This document shows, in pieces, positions 44,006 through 57,843 of a stretch of 64,000 nucleotides of DNA. Each line of letters begins with the position of its first letter. Position 1 is the first letter of the stretch. Made by a program: the position numbers and the translations under genes. The DNA comes from Pachysolen tannophilus NRRL Y-2460 (taxonomy: Eukaryota), in assembly GCA_001661245.1 (NCBI GenBank), contig KV454018.1, positions 569,569-633,568 of the forward strand, read 5' to 3'. The notes below the pieces were generated by a model, which was given only the letters and a program-made list of their open reading frames with translations, had not been told where the DNA came from and did not search any database.

Positions 44006-44352
44006 TTTGTAAAAAATACTTTAATTTTTTTTAAAGAAAGAAAGAAAAAAAAAGTTTACCACAATTATAATTTAAATCAATTCTTCTTTTTTTGAATACC
44101 CAATTATTAAACTGCTAAACTTCAATCTATCCTATTCCTAATTTCTTCTTATAATTTAATTATCAACACTTGTCAGTTGAAAGCATTTATTCGGTATATT
44201 CTGGCTTTCCTTTTTCCTTTTTTTGCTGCTTCATCTATAATTGATCTCACCTACACTACAAGAGAATTAGTTAAAAGCTTTAAAATCTCAGCAGTTTTCA
44301 TCTTTTATTCAATAATATTACAAATATACAAAATTATAATGTCACACAAGAC

Positions 44353-44632
44353 TTATATAAGACTTATATCGGCTAATTTTTCTTCGGTTAAGTTTACTTG
44401 AAGTTCATTTTTTGCTACTTGTCTTTGTAGGCTTTCAATATCCAAGGTTAGTCCAAAACATTTTTCTTTTAATTCAACTAATTTTTGTTCAATTTTATCA
44501 TTTTCTTTTAAATTTTTAAGAAATTCCAGCTTAAATGCACTATTGTTTGGGATTTTGTCAACTCCTAATAATGATACCCATAAAGACTCGGCTAAATTTA
44601 TTTCTTTTTCCTTTTCTTTCTCTAATTGTTGT

Positions 44633-44667
<35 letters not shown>

Positions 44668-45396
44668 CTGTTGCTGTTGCTCATTCACAGATGCAGATCC
44701 AGACCTAGGTGAGTGTGACTCAAATGACTCGTGCTCAGGTTCAACTTCATCTTGATGCCCATTAGCATAAGAAGCTTGTGGATTCCTTTCATAAAAACTT
44801 TCATCTATTTCAGTTCCCTGTTGTTGATAATTCACACCACTATATCCTTGATTCCCACTACGATATCCGCCATTATATGGATGATAACCTCTTCCTCTAA
44901 AACCTGAACTGAAACTTCCTCCTCTCCTATATGCCGAATTATATCCATTATTATGATATCCTCCTCTATAGCCTCCTCTATAACCACCGTTGTAACTTCC
45001 ATTATAACCTCCATTATAACCTCCGTTATAACTTCCACGACCACCACTACCACTACTATTACCACTACTGTAACGAGAATATTGGCGTGAATTTTCCATC
45101 GATCCCAGTACATTTGTACTTGACTTACTAGTATCATCTTGCAGAGACTGGTGCTGTTGAGAAGTTACCACAGACGGATCATTATTTTGTTCCTGCTGAG
45201 GATGTTCATCTCTTTCATATGAATAATGTTCATTATATCTATTGCTATTTCCATACCAACTTCCTCTTCCACCACGGCCACCTCTATAGAAACTTCCCCT
45301 CTGTGAACTATAGTAAGGCCTACTACTATTACCACCACTATTACCACCACTACCACTATTGCCACTATTACCACTATATTCTGAATTTTCCGCCAT
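44353..45396 (-). CDS. LGE1: Lge1, Bre1 cofactor for H2B ubiquitination
   Basis: R/G/Y-rich disordered N-terminus, polyQ, C-terminal coiled coil ending NELQVNLTEEKL; first ATG at 45396. Confidence 0.75.
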
Positions 45397-45776
45397 GATC
45401 AACTAACCCCATTCATTAAATTAAAATTATCATATTCTTTTTATTGTTGGCAAAATTTACAATTATTTTTAAAAATGGGTGTTTTAATTGACACGTACAA
45501 CGATTTCCACATATTAAAACAAAATTGACAGACGGTTTTTTTAGATGAGTTCAAGTTGAGTTCAAGTTGAATTATAATTCATTTTTGATATTGATGTTGT
45601 GTGTATTATTGCCATTGAAAACTAAGATGCTCAATTGATGGTTCCATCAATTGAAGTGAAAATTGATAACAATAACCAAAAAAAAAAAAAAAAAGTAAAG
45701 AAATAAAAAGGTGGGAGGTGCAAGGAAAAGATAAAAAAAAAATTCAATATAATTAATTAATCACTCTATGTATTTC

Positions 45777-45812
<36 letters not shown>

Positions 45813-45830
45813 GCAAAATCTTGTGTTATT

Positions 45831-47601
45831 TTAAAGTGAAGATCTTCTATTATTACTATTATTAACAAGAAACTCTTTGTAATCTATATCTTCATCATTT
45901 GTGCAATCATTTATCCATTCTGCAATATCTTGAAATATATTTTGTGATATCTCTGAATCTAGTAATTTTTCTTCTTGGATCATTCTTCTTTCCAATTCTT
46001 CACAACCTTCAATTAAAACATTGATCTTATTATTAAAAATTTGTCTTCTCTTAAATTCAACAATAGATCTTAATTTTGTTATATTTAAACAATATCTTAG
46101 TTCCAATACTGACAAGTTTGGGAAATAATTCATTTTTAATATCCTTGGTAAAGAATTATCAGTTATTAATCTACAATTATTTAATGATAATCTTTCAATA
46201 TTTCCTCCTCTGTAATATGCCAATTCCCATAATGATCTATCTGTTATATGACAACCTGCAACTCCTAATGTAGAAATCAATGTGTTACGACAAATTGCAC
46301 TAATACTTGAATCTGTTATTAAAGCACCATTAGAATGTCTTCCAACATTTAATAATTTTAATTTTGTACATTTTTTAGCAATATTATAAATACCACAATC
46401 AGAAACTAATTCACATGCTCTTATATCTAAAATTTCTAAACGAGGTGCCAATTTACTAACCATTATTAAAAAATCATCATCAACAACTTTAGAACCTGGT
46501 AAAACCAATTTTTTCAAATTATTTCCTTTAAACATAATAGGAGGTGGTAAAATCTTAGGACATATATATAATTCAATCCATTGTAAATTACCACTTATTT
46601 GATTGGCTACCAATTCTAAATGTCTCTGTCTAGCAAGTGTAATCTTGTGTAAGACAAATAACTCTGGTGCTAATTTGGTTTTAAATCTTTGTTTGTAATT
46701 TGGATTTTTATTCAAATAAGAAGCATATTGTAACCATTTAACTTCATCATCAAAATAAACTTTTCTTTCCATAATTTCCATAGATAATCTATACCATAAT
46801 TTATTAACCAATAAACTATTAAATAATGCATGACATGATTTTTCTTCATTTTGTGAATTTAAAGATTCATTCCAAATTTTTTCTGCAATTTCCTTTTTAC
46901 CATGAATTAATAATGCATGTTCATATGAAATCGGTTTTCTTCTAACTGGTGGAAGTTCACATGGTATATGTGATGATTGTGCATTATGATAATCTAAAAT
47001 TTTTATAACAATTTCAGGAATTTCAAAAATATGGTGACTAGTTTTTTCAATAACATTTATATCATTAACAATAGTGGTAGCACTACAACAACTATCACTA
47101 TTAAATTCTTCATCTCCTATTGGTGTTGTAGCTTTTGGAGATTTTGGTGAAGAAAGTGATTCAGATGAGGATAATGTTAATTTAGTAAATTTGTCATAAA
47201 CATAAGAATTCTCATTTTCAATTTCTTCATCATCTTCAGCAAACAATCTTCTAATTACTTTATCCTTATGACCTGTACCTGTACCTGTACCTGTACCATT
47301 AAAATTGAAGTTGTTGTTGAAGAAAATATTATTATTATCGTCATCATTAATATGAAGTGGAGTAATTGGAGACCCACATGAACCAGGTGTAGGGAAAAAA
47401 TCTCTTGTTAATCCTGGGGTCAATACCGGAGTTGTCATTTGGCTACTATTAGAGCTAGAACTAAAGCACTCGCTATTATCTAGACTAGAGCGGGTATTAA
47501 AAGACTGAACAGAGGATGAAGCACTGGACTTATTACTAACACTAGTGCAGCGCCTTCCGGTGAATATGGAACCTAACAAATTTGCCCTTGTCTTATCGCT
47601 A

Positions 47602-47647
<46 letters not shown>

Positions 47648-48140
47648 CTTGTTGAGACGAAGGGGAGTTAGGGTTAGAATACTCTCTATGATGATGATGA
47701 TGATGATCTTGAGCAAAAAATGACGGGAACCTTCTAGCTGTAGATGAAGTCCTTCTCCCTGTGGTATTAAAATGCTTGATATTTTTAACCACTGGTTCAT
47801 TAGCCGCCGTTGGAGAAATGGGAGAAGTTGGTGCTGAAGTTGATGTTTTGTTGGTATTACAACTTAACGATGTAGTTGATAAAGACGCTATTCTTTTCTT
47901 TGGTCTCAACACATCTCCAGAACTCGATCTATTCTTTTGTCTTGAAATTTCTGAAGTAAAATTTGAATGTACAATTGAAGAACCAGTATCCCAGGCCCTT
48001 GTTCTCTTAATCGATTGATACCTTTTCGGTATTGAAATAACCAGATTTTTATTTTCACTTTCAGTAGTATTTGAACTCAATTCAGATACAATAACATCAC
48101 TTTTCTTTTCAAAGCTATAATCTATATTTGTTTTTGACAT
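45831..48140 (-). CDS. AMN1: Antagonist of mitotic exit network, atypical F-box/LRR protein
   Basis: IFEIPEIV, PVRRKPISYEHALLIHG, LDIRACELVSDCG, LGVAGCHITD and IERLSLNNC. Confidence 0.9.
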
Positions 48141-49435
48141 TCTTAATTATTAACAAACAAGAAAAGAAAAGAAATCAAAATAATAATAATTTTAATTTTA
48201 ATAAAAAAAAAAAAAAGGGGAAAACAAACAAAAATGCTAATTTTAAATGCAAGTTCAAATTAAAAGATAAATGATCATATAATTATAATGAATGGACGTC
48301 AACAGATATATTAGTGACAAATAATGATTGATAATACCCGTATGAACTTTTATATATTTGATTGTGAAAAGTAAATAATATATATAAATCGATAAATTTA
48401 TATGGGCTAATTCGATGGGATGGGAAATGTACCAAAAACAAAAAAAAAAATTAAATCTTTAATATATAGATTATAATTTATTATTTTCTTTTTTTTTAAC
48501 AAGTTTTAATTTAACCTCAACAATGGTCATCAAAGTATGTTAAACGTTGAGGAGGGAAAAAAGTGAGTCAATAATTGAAACTGGGAAAGACAACAAAGAC
48601 AAAGGGAAATGAAACAAATAAACTTGACAAGGGTCAAAAGAAAGGGAAAAGTGAAACAAAGAAGTGAAAAGAAATTAAAAAATTAAAAGAAAGAAGCTCC
48701 AAACTGAATTGAATTGAATTGAACTGAACTGAATTTAAAGAAAAGAATTCAAAAATATTTGTTTCAAGTATCTTCCTCTTTGAATTTCCACTTTAAAAAG
48801 TTTGGAAAGTAGAATTATGGAAGAAAAAAAAAAAANNNNNNNNNNNNNNNNNNNNNNNNNNNNNNNNNNNNNNNNNNNNNNNNNNNNNNNNNNNNNNNNN
48901 NNNNNNNNNNNNNNNNNNNNNNNNNNNNNNNNNNNNNNNNNNNNNNNNNNNNNNNNNNNNNNNNNNNNNNNNNNNNNNNNNNNNNNNNNNNNNNNNNNNN
49001 NNNNNNNNNNNNNNNNNNNNNNNNNNNNNNNNNNNNNNNNNNNNNNNNNNNNNNNNNNNNNNNNNNNNNNNNNNNNNNNNNNNNNNNNNNNNNNNNNNNN
49101 NNNNNNNNNNNNNNNNNNNNNNNNNNNNNNNNNNNNNNNNNNNNNNNNNNNNNNNNNNNNNNNNNNNNNNNNNNNNNNNNNNNNNNNNNNNNNNNNNNNN
49201 NNNNNNNNNNNNNNNNNNNNNNNNNNNNNNNNNNNNNNNNNNNNNNNNNNNNNNNNNNNNNNNNNNNNNNNNNNNNNNNNNNNNNNNNNNNNNNNNNNNT
49301 TTTTTTTTGTTTTTCAGTTAAAGGTGCGGCTGGAGAAATAGATAATTTAAGGCACGTTAATGTACAGTTTTCAAATAAATAACAAAAATGAAGAAGTAAT
49401 TCTTTTTTTTAAAAAAAAAAAAATCAGGTTACAGG

Positions 49436-49464
49436 TTATCAGTTTATCAGTTATCAGTTATCAG
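49436..49464. repeat. Four TTATCAG units (CTGATAA, GATA-type motif)
   Basis: ttatcag-t-ttatcag-ttatcag-ttatcag upstream of AMN1. Confidence 0.7.
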
Positions 49465-50737
49465 TTAGACAGTGGAAGGTTAGGGTATAGGATTTGATGT
49501 TGGTTTTTTTTGGCGTTTATGTTATTCTGTTAGTTCATATATATATATATATAGATTGAAGAGGTGCTAGACGCAATGAATGTCCTGCATGGCTATTGCA
49601 TTTCATGCGCAAGCGGAAATAGGGAAGAAGAAGATTCAAAAAAAAAAAAAAAAAAAAAGGCGGAAACGCGCAGAAAAAGTGGGTAAAGTGGGTAAAGTGC
49701 ACACTTTAATCGCAGTGGCAAGCTGGGGGAAAATACAATAATAGAAATAATTATTGAAAAACCAAAGGCGTGCACTATTTATTATCTGTTCCATATACTA
49801 TCTTGGTTTATCATGTTAAGATCAAAATTATATATATAAAGATAAAAACTTTAAAATGAAGTGTTTATTTAGTTGTGTGTTTAAATAGTTGAATTTGTGC
49901 GATGCAGCCCGCGATGGAATCTAAACTTTTTGGTTGCTTTCTTGTTAACATTTTGCTCTTAATTTATTTGGGTTTTGATGTGCATATTATCTAGAAAATC
50001 GATGAAATCGATGCGGCTCACATACATGAGATAAGTTCCAGAAAGAAGCGTGAGCCATCCACCCCTCTTTACTTATTTGAAGCTAATTGTAAACCATGCA
50101 CAGAGTTGGTTTTGCAAAGCGACAAAACCCGTAAATTCGAAGAGATGCCAAGTATCAATATATAGTTTTTCATCTTTATGGTTTTTAAAATCTTGGCTAA
50201 TTGTTAGCCAAGATTTTAAAATTGAAAAAAAAAAAAAATGGATAGGTTTAGTACCATTCATTACTCAACTCCAGTCCAGTCTAGTACAGTCCAGTACAGT
50301 ATAGTAAATTTCAAAATCACAAAATTACGAAGTTACAATTTTTTGATATTACGTATCTATACTTTAATCATTAAAATAACGGTTTTTTTTTTTGAAAAAT
50401 CTCATTAATGTGCACACTGATATATTTATACAAATTATAAGAAAATATCTAAAAAGATTCTTTTTTCTTTTTTTTTTTGTCCTTGATCGATTGGAGCAAA
50501 AAAAAAAAACAAAAACACAAATAGTACCATTTGATTGAAAAAGCATGAAAAATAAATAAAATTAGCTTTTTTTTTTTTTTTTGGCTTTTATTGATGGGAA
50601 ACGTTAATACAAACAAAATTTGAAATCAAGCTAAAAACAAAACGTTACTGAATTTTTTTAGAAAAAAGCAAACTATGAACAAGTACCTTGTTTTCCCCTT
50701 TCTTTTCCTATAGTAATTGAGAATTTAATTGCTGTGC

Positions 50738-52189
50738 TTAATTAGAATCTTGGCCCGGTTCTTGCTGATTGAACTGTTGTTGTTGCAGTTGTTGCAGCTG
50801 TTGTTGCTGTGACTGTGGCTGATGTTGTGGCTGATGTTGCTGTGGCTGCTGCCGCGAATGAGGGAACGATATTGGGGGTAGAAAAGAACTGGGTGGTGGA
50901 ATAATAACATTATTATTTGGTGGAAAATAATTTTGAGTGCTGGGAAGTTGAAGATTGGGAAAGTTGGGAAGCAGAAGAGATCCATGATGTGTCTGCTGCT
51001 GGAGTGCTTGTTGTGTTTGCTGTGCTTGTTGCTGTTGTGTTTGTTGTGTTTGCTGTTGTTGCTGCTGTTGTTGTTGTTGTCTTTGTTGAAAAATTAATGA
51101 TACAGGAGGTGGTGGCAAAATTGGTTGATAAGAAGTTTGATTTATTACTTGTGAGTAGACATTTGTAAAATCGCAAGAATATTTACTCATAATCTTGAAA
51201 AAAGCTTGAGGTAATGAAGACCATCCAAACACTTTAACATTTTTTTCAATATTTCTTGGTTTAGGAGTTGGAAATTCCATGATTAAATTGAAAAAATCTC
51301 TATTTTCTTGTTTAGTGATTGTAATTGGCTTTAAACTTTGTAAATTTCTTCTAATTCTATTTTTTTCGTCAATCTTAAATTTAGCATCAACGATTTTTTC
51401 AAATAAATTTATAAAATCTACACTGGTGAAAAAAAATTTACCATGCGGTTGATCAAATATGCACGAGACAACTGAAAAATTCAATTGATATTCATTTTGT
51501 TTTACAGGTTCAAAAGTGATGAAAAGATCACAACCTACTTGATCCCAAAAAAATCGCACCAACCTTCTCTTTAATGAATATTCTTCTTGAGTCCAATTTA
51601 ATGTCATTGAATTTAAATCACCATTCAAACGTACATTAACTCTGTTGGAAGAATGAAGCACATCCCGTGTGCCTTCAATCATACCAACAGGTAAGGCTGT
51701 AGTACGTACCAATCTTGGTTGTTGTCTCAAACTACTACTTTTACTTGTTGAAGTATAAGATTCTGTTGGATATACTGGTAGATTTCTTAATTGAAATTGA
51801 TTTTTTTCCGGTACCTCTGTAAATCTCAATGGAGGAACATATCCTATACCTAAGTTGGGATTACCTGACCGTTGCTGCTGAGCCTGTTGTTGTTGTTGTT
51901 GTTGTTGAGTCTGTGGAGGCAGTGGAAGTAAAGGCGGTATATAAGATGGTTGAATGCCTTGTTGGTTAGGATTTTGGTTCGGTGTTGGGAATTGATAATT
52001 TAAAGTTTGCTGCGGGATTGAGGGCACCACTTGAAATTGAGAGTATTGGGAGGGCTGCTGCCGTTGCTGCTGCTGAGATTGCTGTTGTTGCTGCTGTTGC
52101 TGCATCTGCCGCTCCTGTGGGAGCTCGGGGTACCACTGCTGATACCCTATATAGTTATTTTCAGCACTGTTAATATTATTAGTATTCAT
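50738..52189 (-). CDS. MedA/Medusa (Acon-3)-like developmental regulator with polyQ tracts
   Basis: LNGDLNSMTLNWTQEE..RRLVRF..SCIF..TSVD..EKNRIRRNL..FFNLIMEFPTPKPRNIEKNVKVFGW matches the MedA conserved domain. First in-frame ATG at 52189. Confidence 0.8.
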   Translation of the reverse strand: MNTNNINSAENNYIGYQQWYPELPQERQMQQQQQQQQSQQQQRQQPSQYSQFQVVPSIPQQTLNYQFPTPNQNPNQQGIQPSYIPPLLPLPPQTQQQQQQQQAQQQRSGNPNLGIGYVPPLRFTEVPEKNQFQLRNLPVYPTESYTSTSKSSSLRQQPRLVRTTALPVGMIEGTRDVLHSSNRVNVRLNGDLNSMTLNWTQEEYSLKRRLVRFFWDQVGCDLFITFEPVKQNEYQLNFSVVSCIFDQPHGKFFFTSVDFINLFEKIVDAKFKIDEKNRIRRNLQSLKPITITKQENRDFFNLIMEFPTPKPRNIEKNVKVFGWSSLPQAFFKIMSKYSCDFTNVYSQVINQTSYQPILPPPPVSLIFQQRQQQQQQQQQQTQQTQQQQAQQTQQALQQQTHHGSLLLPNFPNLQLPSTQNYFPPNNNVIIPPPSSFLPPISFPHSRQQPQQHQPQHQPQSQQQQLQQLQQQQFNQQEPGQDSN

Positions 52190-54126
52190 CTGATGGTTCA
52201 CTGCTCTTTTTTTCACTTTTTTTTTTCGCTTGATACCAATGGATGTACTAGCACTTATTAATAAGAGTTGAAAACAAAGTAAAATAAGCTGAGGTACACA
52301 AGTGTCGTTTAATTGTTGTTATTTGAATATTTTGGAATAGTGGAAATGACATACGGAAGTTTAATATTTTAAGTTGATCAAGTTTTTCATATAATTTCAT
52401 TTAGAATTAAAAGTAATCGGATGACAACCTATACTTGTTAAGCTTCTTCTTTTTTTTTTTGTTTTTTATTTCCTTATCTTTTTATTTTCTTTCAAGTTTC
52501 CTTCTGGAAATTAAAACTAACCAAAACAATGGATTTACCTCTTTTGAATTGGTAAATTTTTACTACTTTCTAGTTCAAAGACAAATTGTCAAAATATGAA
52601 AAAACCAGAAATTTTTTATATTTTTTCACTTTTTTTTCCCTTATAGAAGCTCTGAATTGAGCTTCAATTTCATCGACCTTCTTTTTTTTTTTTTTTTTTT
52701 TGAGTAGTTATTTGGTAAATTCGATATCAAAAACCTTGAACTAAATTCAAATCTTTAATACCAATGTTTTTCTTCCAACTCAATTAAACTTTCCTTGCTT
52801 TTTTTATACTTTCAAAACAAGATTAATTTTTTCTCTTATTTGAGAGAAATAAAAAAATAAACAGTAAAGATTCGCAAAATTATATATATATATATTATAC
52901 AAATAAGAAAATAGTAAAAAAAAAAAAAAAATAAAAAAAAAAAAAAAAAAAAATAAAATAATTACTTAATAAGTAAAAAGTCAAAAGGTATACATATCTA
53001 TCAAAAAATTAAAGTTCAACTAAAAAGACAAAAATTTAAATAAGGTCAGAATAGGCATTATTGTCATGCATTAGCCTTTTTCATGCAAGCTTATAATGAC
53101 GAAGCTTAAGCGGAAATAATCTAAAAGAATGCATCATCGCATGCATGGTATTATATTATTCTATACCGATTTTATTTTAATCCTGTATTTTTAATTTTAT
53201 AGTGAACAATTTCTGTTTTTGTTAATGAATGGTTTATGATTGTTGCTAATTTTAAAATGTTATTATTGTTGTTGTACTTAATGGATTTCTTTTAAAAAAA
53301 AAAATCTTTTTTTTTGTTTCAAAAAAATGAGTAGTAGTTAGGTGAATGAATAAATGGATTTAAACTGGGGTGNNNNNNNNNNNNNNNNNNNNNNNNNNNN
53401 NNNNNNNNNNNNNNNNNNNNNNNNNNNNNNNNNNNNNNNNNNNNNNNNNNNNNNNNNNNNNNNNNNNNNNNNNNNNNNNNNNNNNNNNNNNNNNNNNNNN
53501 NNNNNNNNNNNNNNNNNNNNNNNNNNNNNNNNNNNNNNNNNNNNNNNNNNNNNNNNNNNNNNNNNNNNNNNNNNNNNNNNNNNNNNNNNNNNNNNNNNNN
53601 NNNNNNNNNNNNNNNNNNNNNNNNNNNNNNNNNNNNNNNNNNNNNNNNNNNNNNNNNNNNNNNNNNNNNNNNNNNNNNNNNNNNNNNNNNNNNNNNNNNN
53701 NNNNNNNNNNNNNNNNNNNNNNNNNNNNNNNNNNNNNNNNNNNNNNNNNNNNNNNNNNNNNNNNNNNNNNNNNNNNNNNNNNNNNNNNNNNNNNNNNNNN
53801 NNNNNNNNNNNNNNNNNNNNNNNNNNNNNNNNNNNNNNNNNNNNNNNNNNNNNNNNNNNNNNNNNNNNNNNNNNNNNNNNNNNNNNNNNNNNNNNNNNNN
53901 NNNNNNNNNNNNNNNNNNNNNNNNNNNNNNNNNNNNNNNNNNNNNNNNNNNNNNNNNNNNNNNNNNNNNNNNNNNNNNNNNNNNTTTTTTTTTTTTTTTT
54001 ATATTCGATCTTATATTTCTTCTGCTTAACGAATTATAATATTTTTAATCTTGGTTTTGCTTTGACATGTAGGCTTATCTGCTTGTCTTTACTCAAAGTC
54101 AAGTCTTATAATTGATTCAAGTAACA

Positions 54127-54160
<34 letters not shown>

Positions 54161-57100
54161 CTTATTTATTTTATTTAATTTTTTTTGGTTTCCGTTCAGG
54201 TTAAAAAAGTGTTCTTTTAGAGATCAACTTTTACGATATGTAAATAATAAATAATGTTTGTTTTGGAACTAAAAATTTTCAGATTCCAAACTGTTTTCAA
54301 TTTAATTAATAGCGGGACAAATAAAAAAATAAAAAATAAAAAAAAAATCCTTTTCTAAAGATTCCTTCTTATTCTCTCCCTTGAATATAAAAAAGTGCAT
54401 AGTCTTTCCCGCTCAAAAAAAAAAATCGCTTATATACTTGGTCCAAATTTTATATTCTTTGAACCGTTTATATTTTATTAGTTTGGGAAGAGAGAGAATA
54501 TTTGCGTATGCTGAATATATATATAGCCTACATAGAATTTTCTCTTTTTCGTGCAGCATCCGAACTTTACGACTCAATTCTGCCTGCCCATAATAAAAAG
54601 AAAAATAAAAAATAAATAAAATAAAATAAAAAAAATTTCCGGTTTCCATAACCGTGTTTACTTGAGGTGCAAGCTTCCGAAAGGAAATAAACTCAAATTC
54701 AAAGAAAAGAAAAGAAAAGAAAAAAAAATCCTTGGACTTGATATTATCATTTGTCTCAGTATATATATATATATGTCTTTGACCTTGGAAGCAAAAAAAC
54801 AAAAAAAAATAAAAGTTTAGAAAACGCGATTTTGTCTGTAACAACGTTTCATTGATTTTCCCTTGAAATCAATAAAGAATATTTGCAAAAAAATTATTAT
54901 CTATTTTTTTTTTTGGAACCGAGGTTTTGAAAAAAAAAAGTTTTGGAAGTAACTACTACGTAAGGTCTTTGGATTCTTCCATAGATTTTTTTTTTTTTGG
55001 TATCATTCTGTGACCCAATTTGAAAAAAAAAGGGTCATATTCATTTTTGATGCAGACAAATTAAAGTTCGTAGTGTACGTTTAAACAATAGTCTATTATT
55101 TACGCTAGTGTCTTCCTGCATGTCACTAAAAATGCTTATTCCAATTAAGGTTTGATATGCTATAACATGTTTAAGGCATCTTTTTTTTTATTTTTTTATT
55201 TTTCATTTTTTCATTTTTAATTATTGTTCTCGTTATTTTAGTTCAAAAAGTCCCTAGCTCCAGAATAACTCCAGAAATTATCATCAAATAAAAATTTAAA
55301 ACTTGACTATTTTAAAAAATAATCAGATAAGATAGGACTAACCAATCCAACTATTGTATTATAAAAATAGAAGATAAACTATATTATATACTTAGGACAT
55401 GTAAACATTGTTATATTTAACGTTGTCTAGGCTATCCATAAGTAATATTCTCGTTATGGCAAAGACAAAACAATTCTGGTGTTTATCGGGGTCAGATCCC
55501 ATAAAATATTTGGGCAACTTTTCTTCCCTTTTTGGGGGGTTAGGTTTATTTTCTTGTGAATTAGAAAAAAATTTTCAGCTACTAAAAAATTGGTGAATGC
55601 TGATTGTACAAAAAACACAAAAAAAAAAAAAATGGTTCCAGAAATTGCCAAGTAAAAATATTTTTCGATTTAAAAATTTGAAAAGTCAAACACCTGCGAA
55701 GGAAATGAAAAAAAAGAGTCGAGGTTAGTAACAATCAACTAACACCTGAAAGATTTTACTAAGACTTTTTTTTTTTGGATTAATCCAATTTTGCAACTAG
55801 AGAATAAACATTTAAAATAGAATCAAAAAAGTACCGATTTGCTATTGTGTATGTGACTCTTGAAAGCTTATCTATTAATTTATTGTTTGCTCGAAAAAGC
55901 TAAATAGCCAAAGAACGAAAGAAAGTAAGAAAAGAAGGAAGCAAAAAAAAAAGGTTTTGAAGACTATATAAAGGAACTAAATATACAAAAATATTCTTAG
56001 TGACATTTTGTCATTTAAATCTTGAAACTAACTGATTTTACAAAAAAAAAAAAAAAAAATTTGTAACTCTACTGCTATTTCATAGAAATTATAGAAAATG
56101 AAATTTGAGAAATTTTAAAACCTCGGCCAGATGGTAATTCATAATCATATGAACTTTGGGATCTTTCTTGATTGTGACTATATAAATATAGCAAGCAATT
56201 TTTTTGAAGCTTAACTTTTTCTTAGTTGAATCAAAAACAATTCAAATCTTGCTTCACATCTAAGACGTCACTAGATTGAAATCAGAAACAAATCTACATA
56301 ATAATGTCCATTTTTCTTTTTACTTCAGATTTGCGAAATACCCGAAAACAAGAATAAATCTAATGTAATGTGCAAAGATGAGTGTTTATGGCCGTACCCC
56401 ATGTGCTTCTGATATACATCAAGCTTACTTAAGTTTTCGCCTAAATAGGAATTTAAAGGCATTACATGGAATTTTGATATTTTAGATCTACAACCCTTTA
56501 AAGAAATCAAAAATTGCATTTGATTGAGACAAATTGGAGAATAAAAAAAAAAAAAATGGAATTTTATCAAAAAAGAAAAAAAGAATGTATTCAACTAACG
56601 AAATCATTTCTTTGAAATTTTTTATTTATTTTTTTATTATTCTTACATATTATAAAATTTTTGTTTTTTATTTTATTTTAATTTTGAAGTTAAAGAAATT
56701 ACTTTTTTTTTTAAAAAAACAGCAACAAGCATTGAAAGTTGCAAATTTTCAGTGATTTATATTTTTTAACTGTTTTCGAGTACATCTATAATGATTTTAT
56801 TGGTTTCCAAATGGATCGATAAGAATTTAGTGTCCCATGAAGCTGTAACCGTTTACATGATTGTGTATGCACAGTGATGCAGGATGCATTAGCCTGCATA
56901 TGCCTGTATGCATTGAAAAAAAGAAAAATGTAAGATTTGTTTTGGATCTTCAAAACTTTAAACCTTTTCTGGACCCACTCTTTTATTCTACGTTTCGGTG
57001 GAATTTGTAAAAGTCTGAAGTTACGACAGACATTTAGATAGAAATATATATGGACAGATTGATAGATATTATATTATATGTATTTTGGAAGCAAGAACAA

Positions 57101-57799
57101 TCAGGAGATAACGATAACGATAAATAGCGGATTTAATTGAAAATAAACTTTACTATTTATGTCCTGTATTTTTCAAAGTTCTTTTTTTTTTTTTTTTCTT
57201 TCTTTTCTACAGCAAAAGGTTTAGTTAGAGAAGTTGGGCATAGTCATTTTTTTTCCTATGGCCAAAGAGAACACAACCACATAAATCTGACAACAAACAA
57301 CTGAGAAGTTGTTTATTAACAAGAGCAAATTAATTAACTATAACCCCACCCTCATTCAAGCCAAAAAAAAAAAAAAAGCTAAAAATAATTTCGTCATTAA
57401 AATGAAATAATGGTAATTATTAGGAGATAACAGCTAAAGGAAAACCTGTAATACTTAAACTGTAATACTAGTGAATAATCGAATATACGTTACATATGTT
57501 TGATAATCAGTGCCAACTTAATGATCGAAACCAGAATCAACTAACTATCAAAAGGTATTAGCACAACAGATTACAGATATAGTGTCACAAACTCATCCTA
57601 TTTTTAAATTTCTGAGACTATAAAAATACGTTGCTACAGATTTTAGTAAAACCTTAAATCTTAGATGCCTGTTTCAAAAGATTCTTTAAAGTAACTACAA
57701 GCAAGTAAGGCAGCTAAGCAGTGCTTTAAATACACACAGTCTTTAATACTCCCCTGCTCCTTTTTTTCCGAAGAGTGAGTTTAATTTTTCACCTGCACA

Positions 57800-57843
57800 G
57801 CAATACAGGCAATACCAGGCAATACCAGCAATACAGGCAATAC
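57800..57843 (+). repeat. Short minisatellite GCAATAC(C)AG, about 4.5 units
   Basis: gcaatacag gcaataccag gcaatacca gcaatacag gcaatac. Confidence 0.7.

Noticed and set aside
14043..54115. ORF-track entries full of X (14043, 17052, 28428, 35494, 48802, 53354 and similar)
   Set aside because: They are read-through of N-gaps at 14209-14454, 17113-17531, 28582-28773, 35569-35998, 48836-49299 and 53373-53984.
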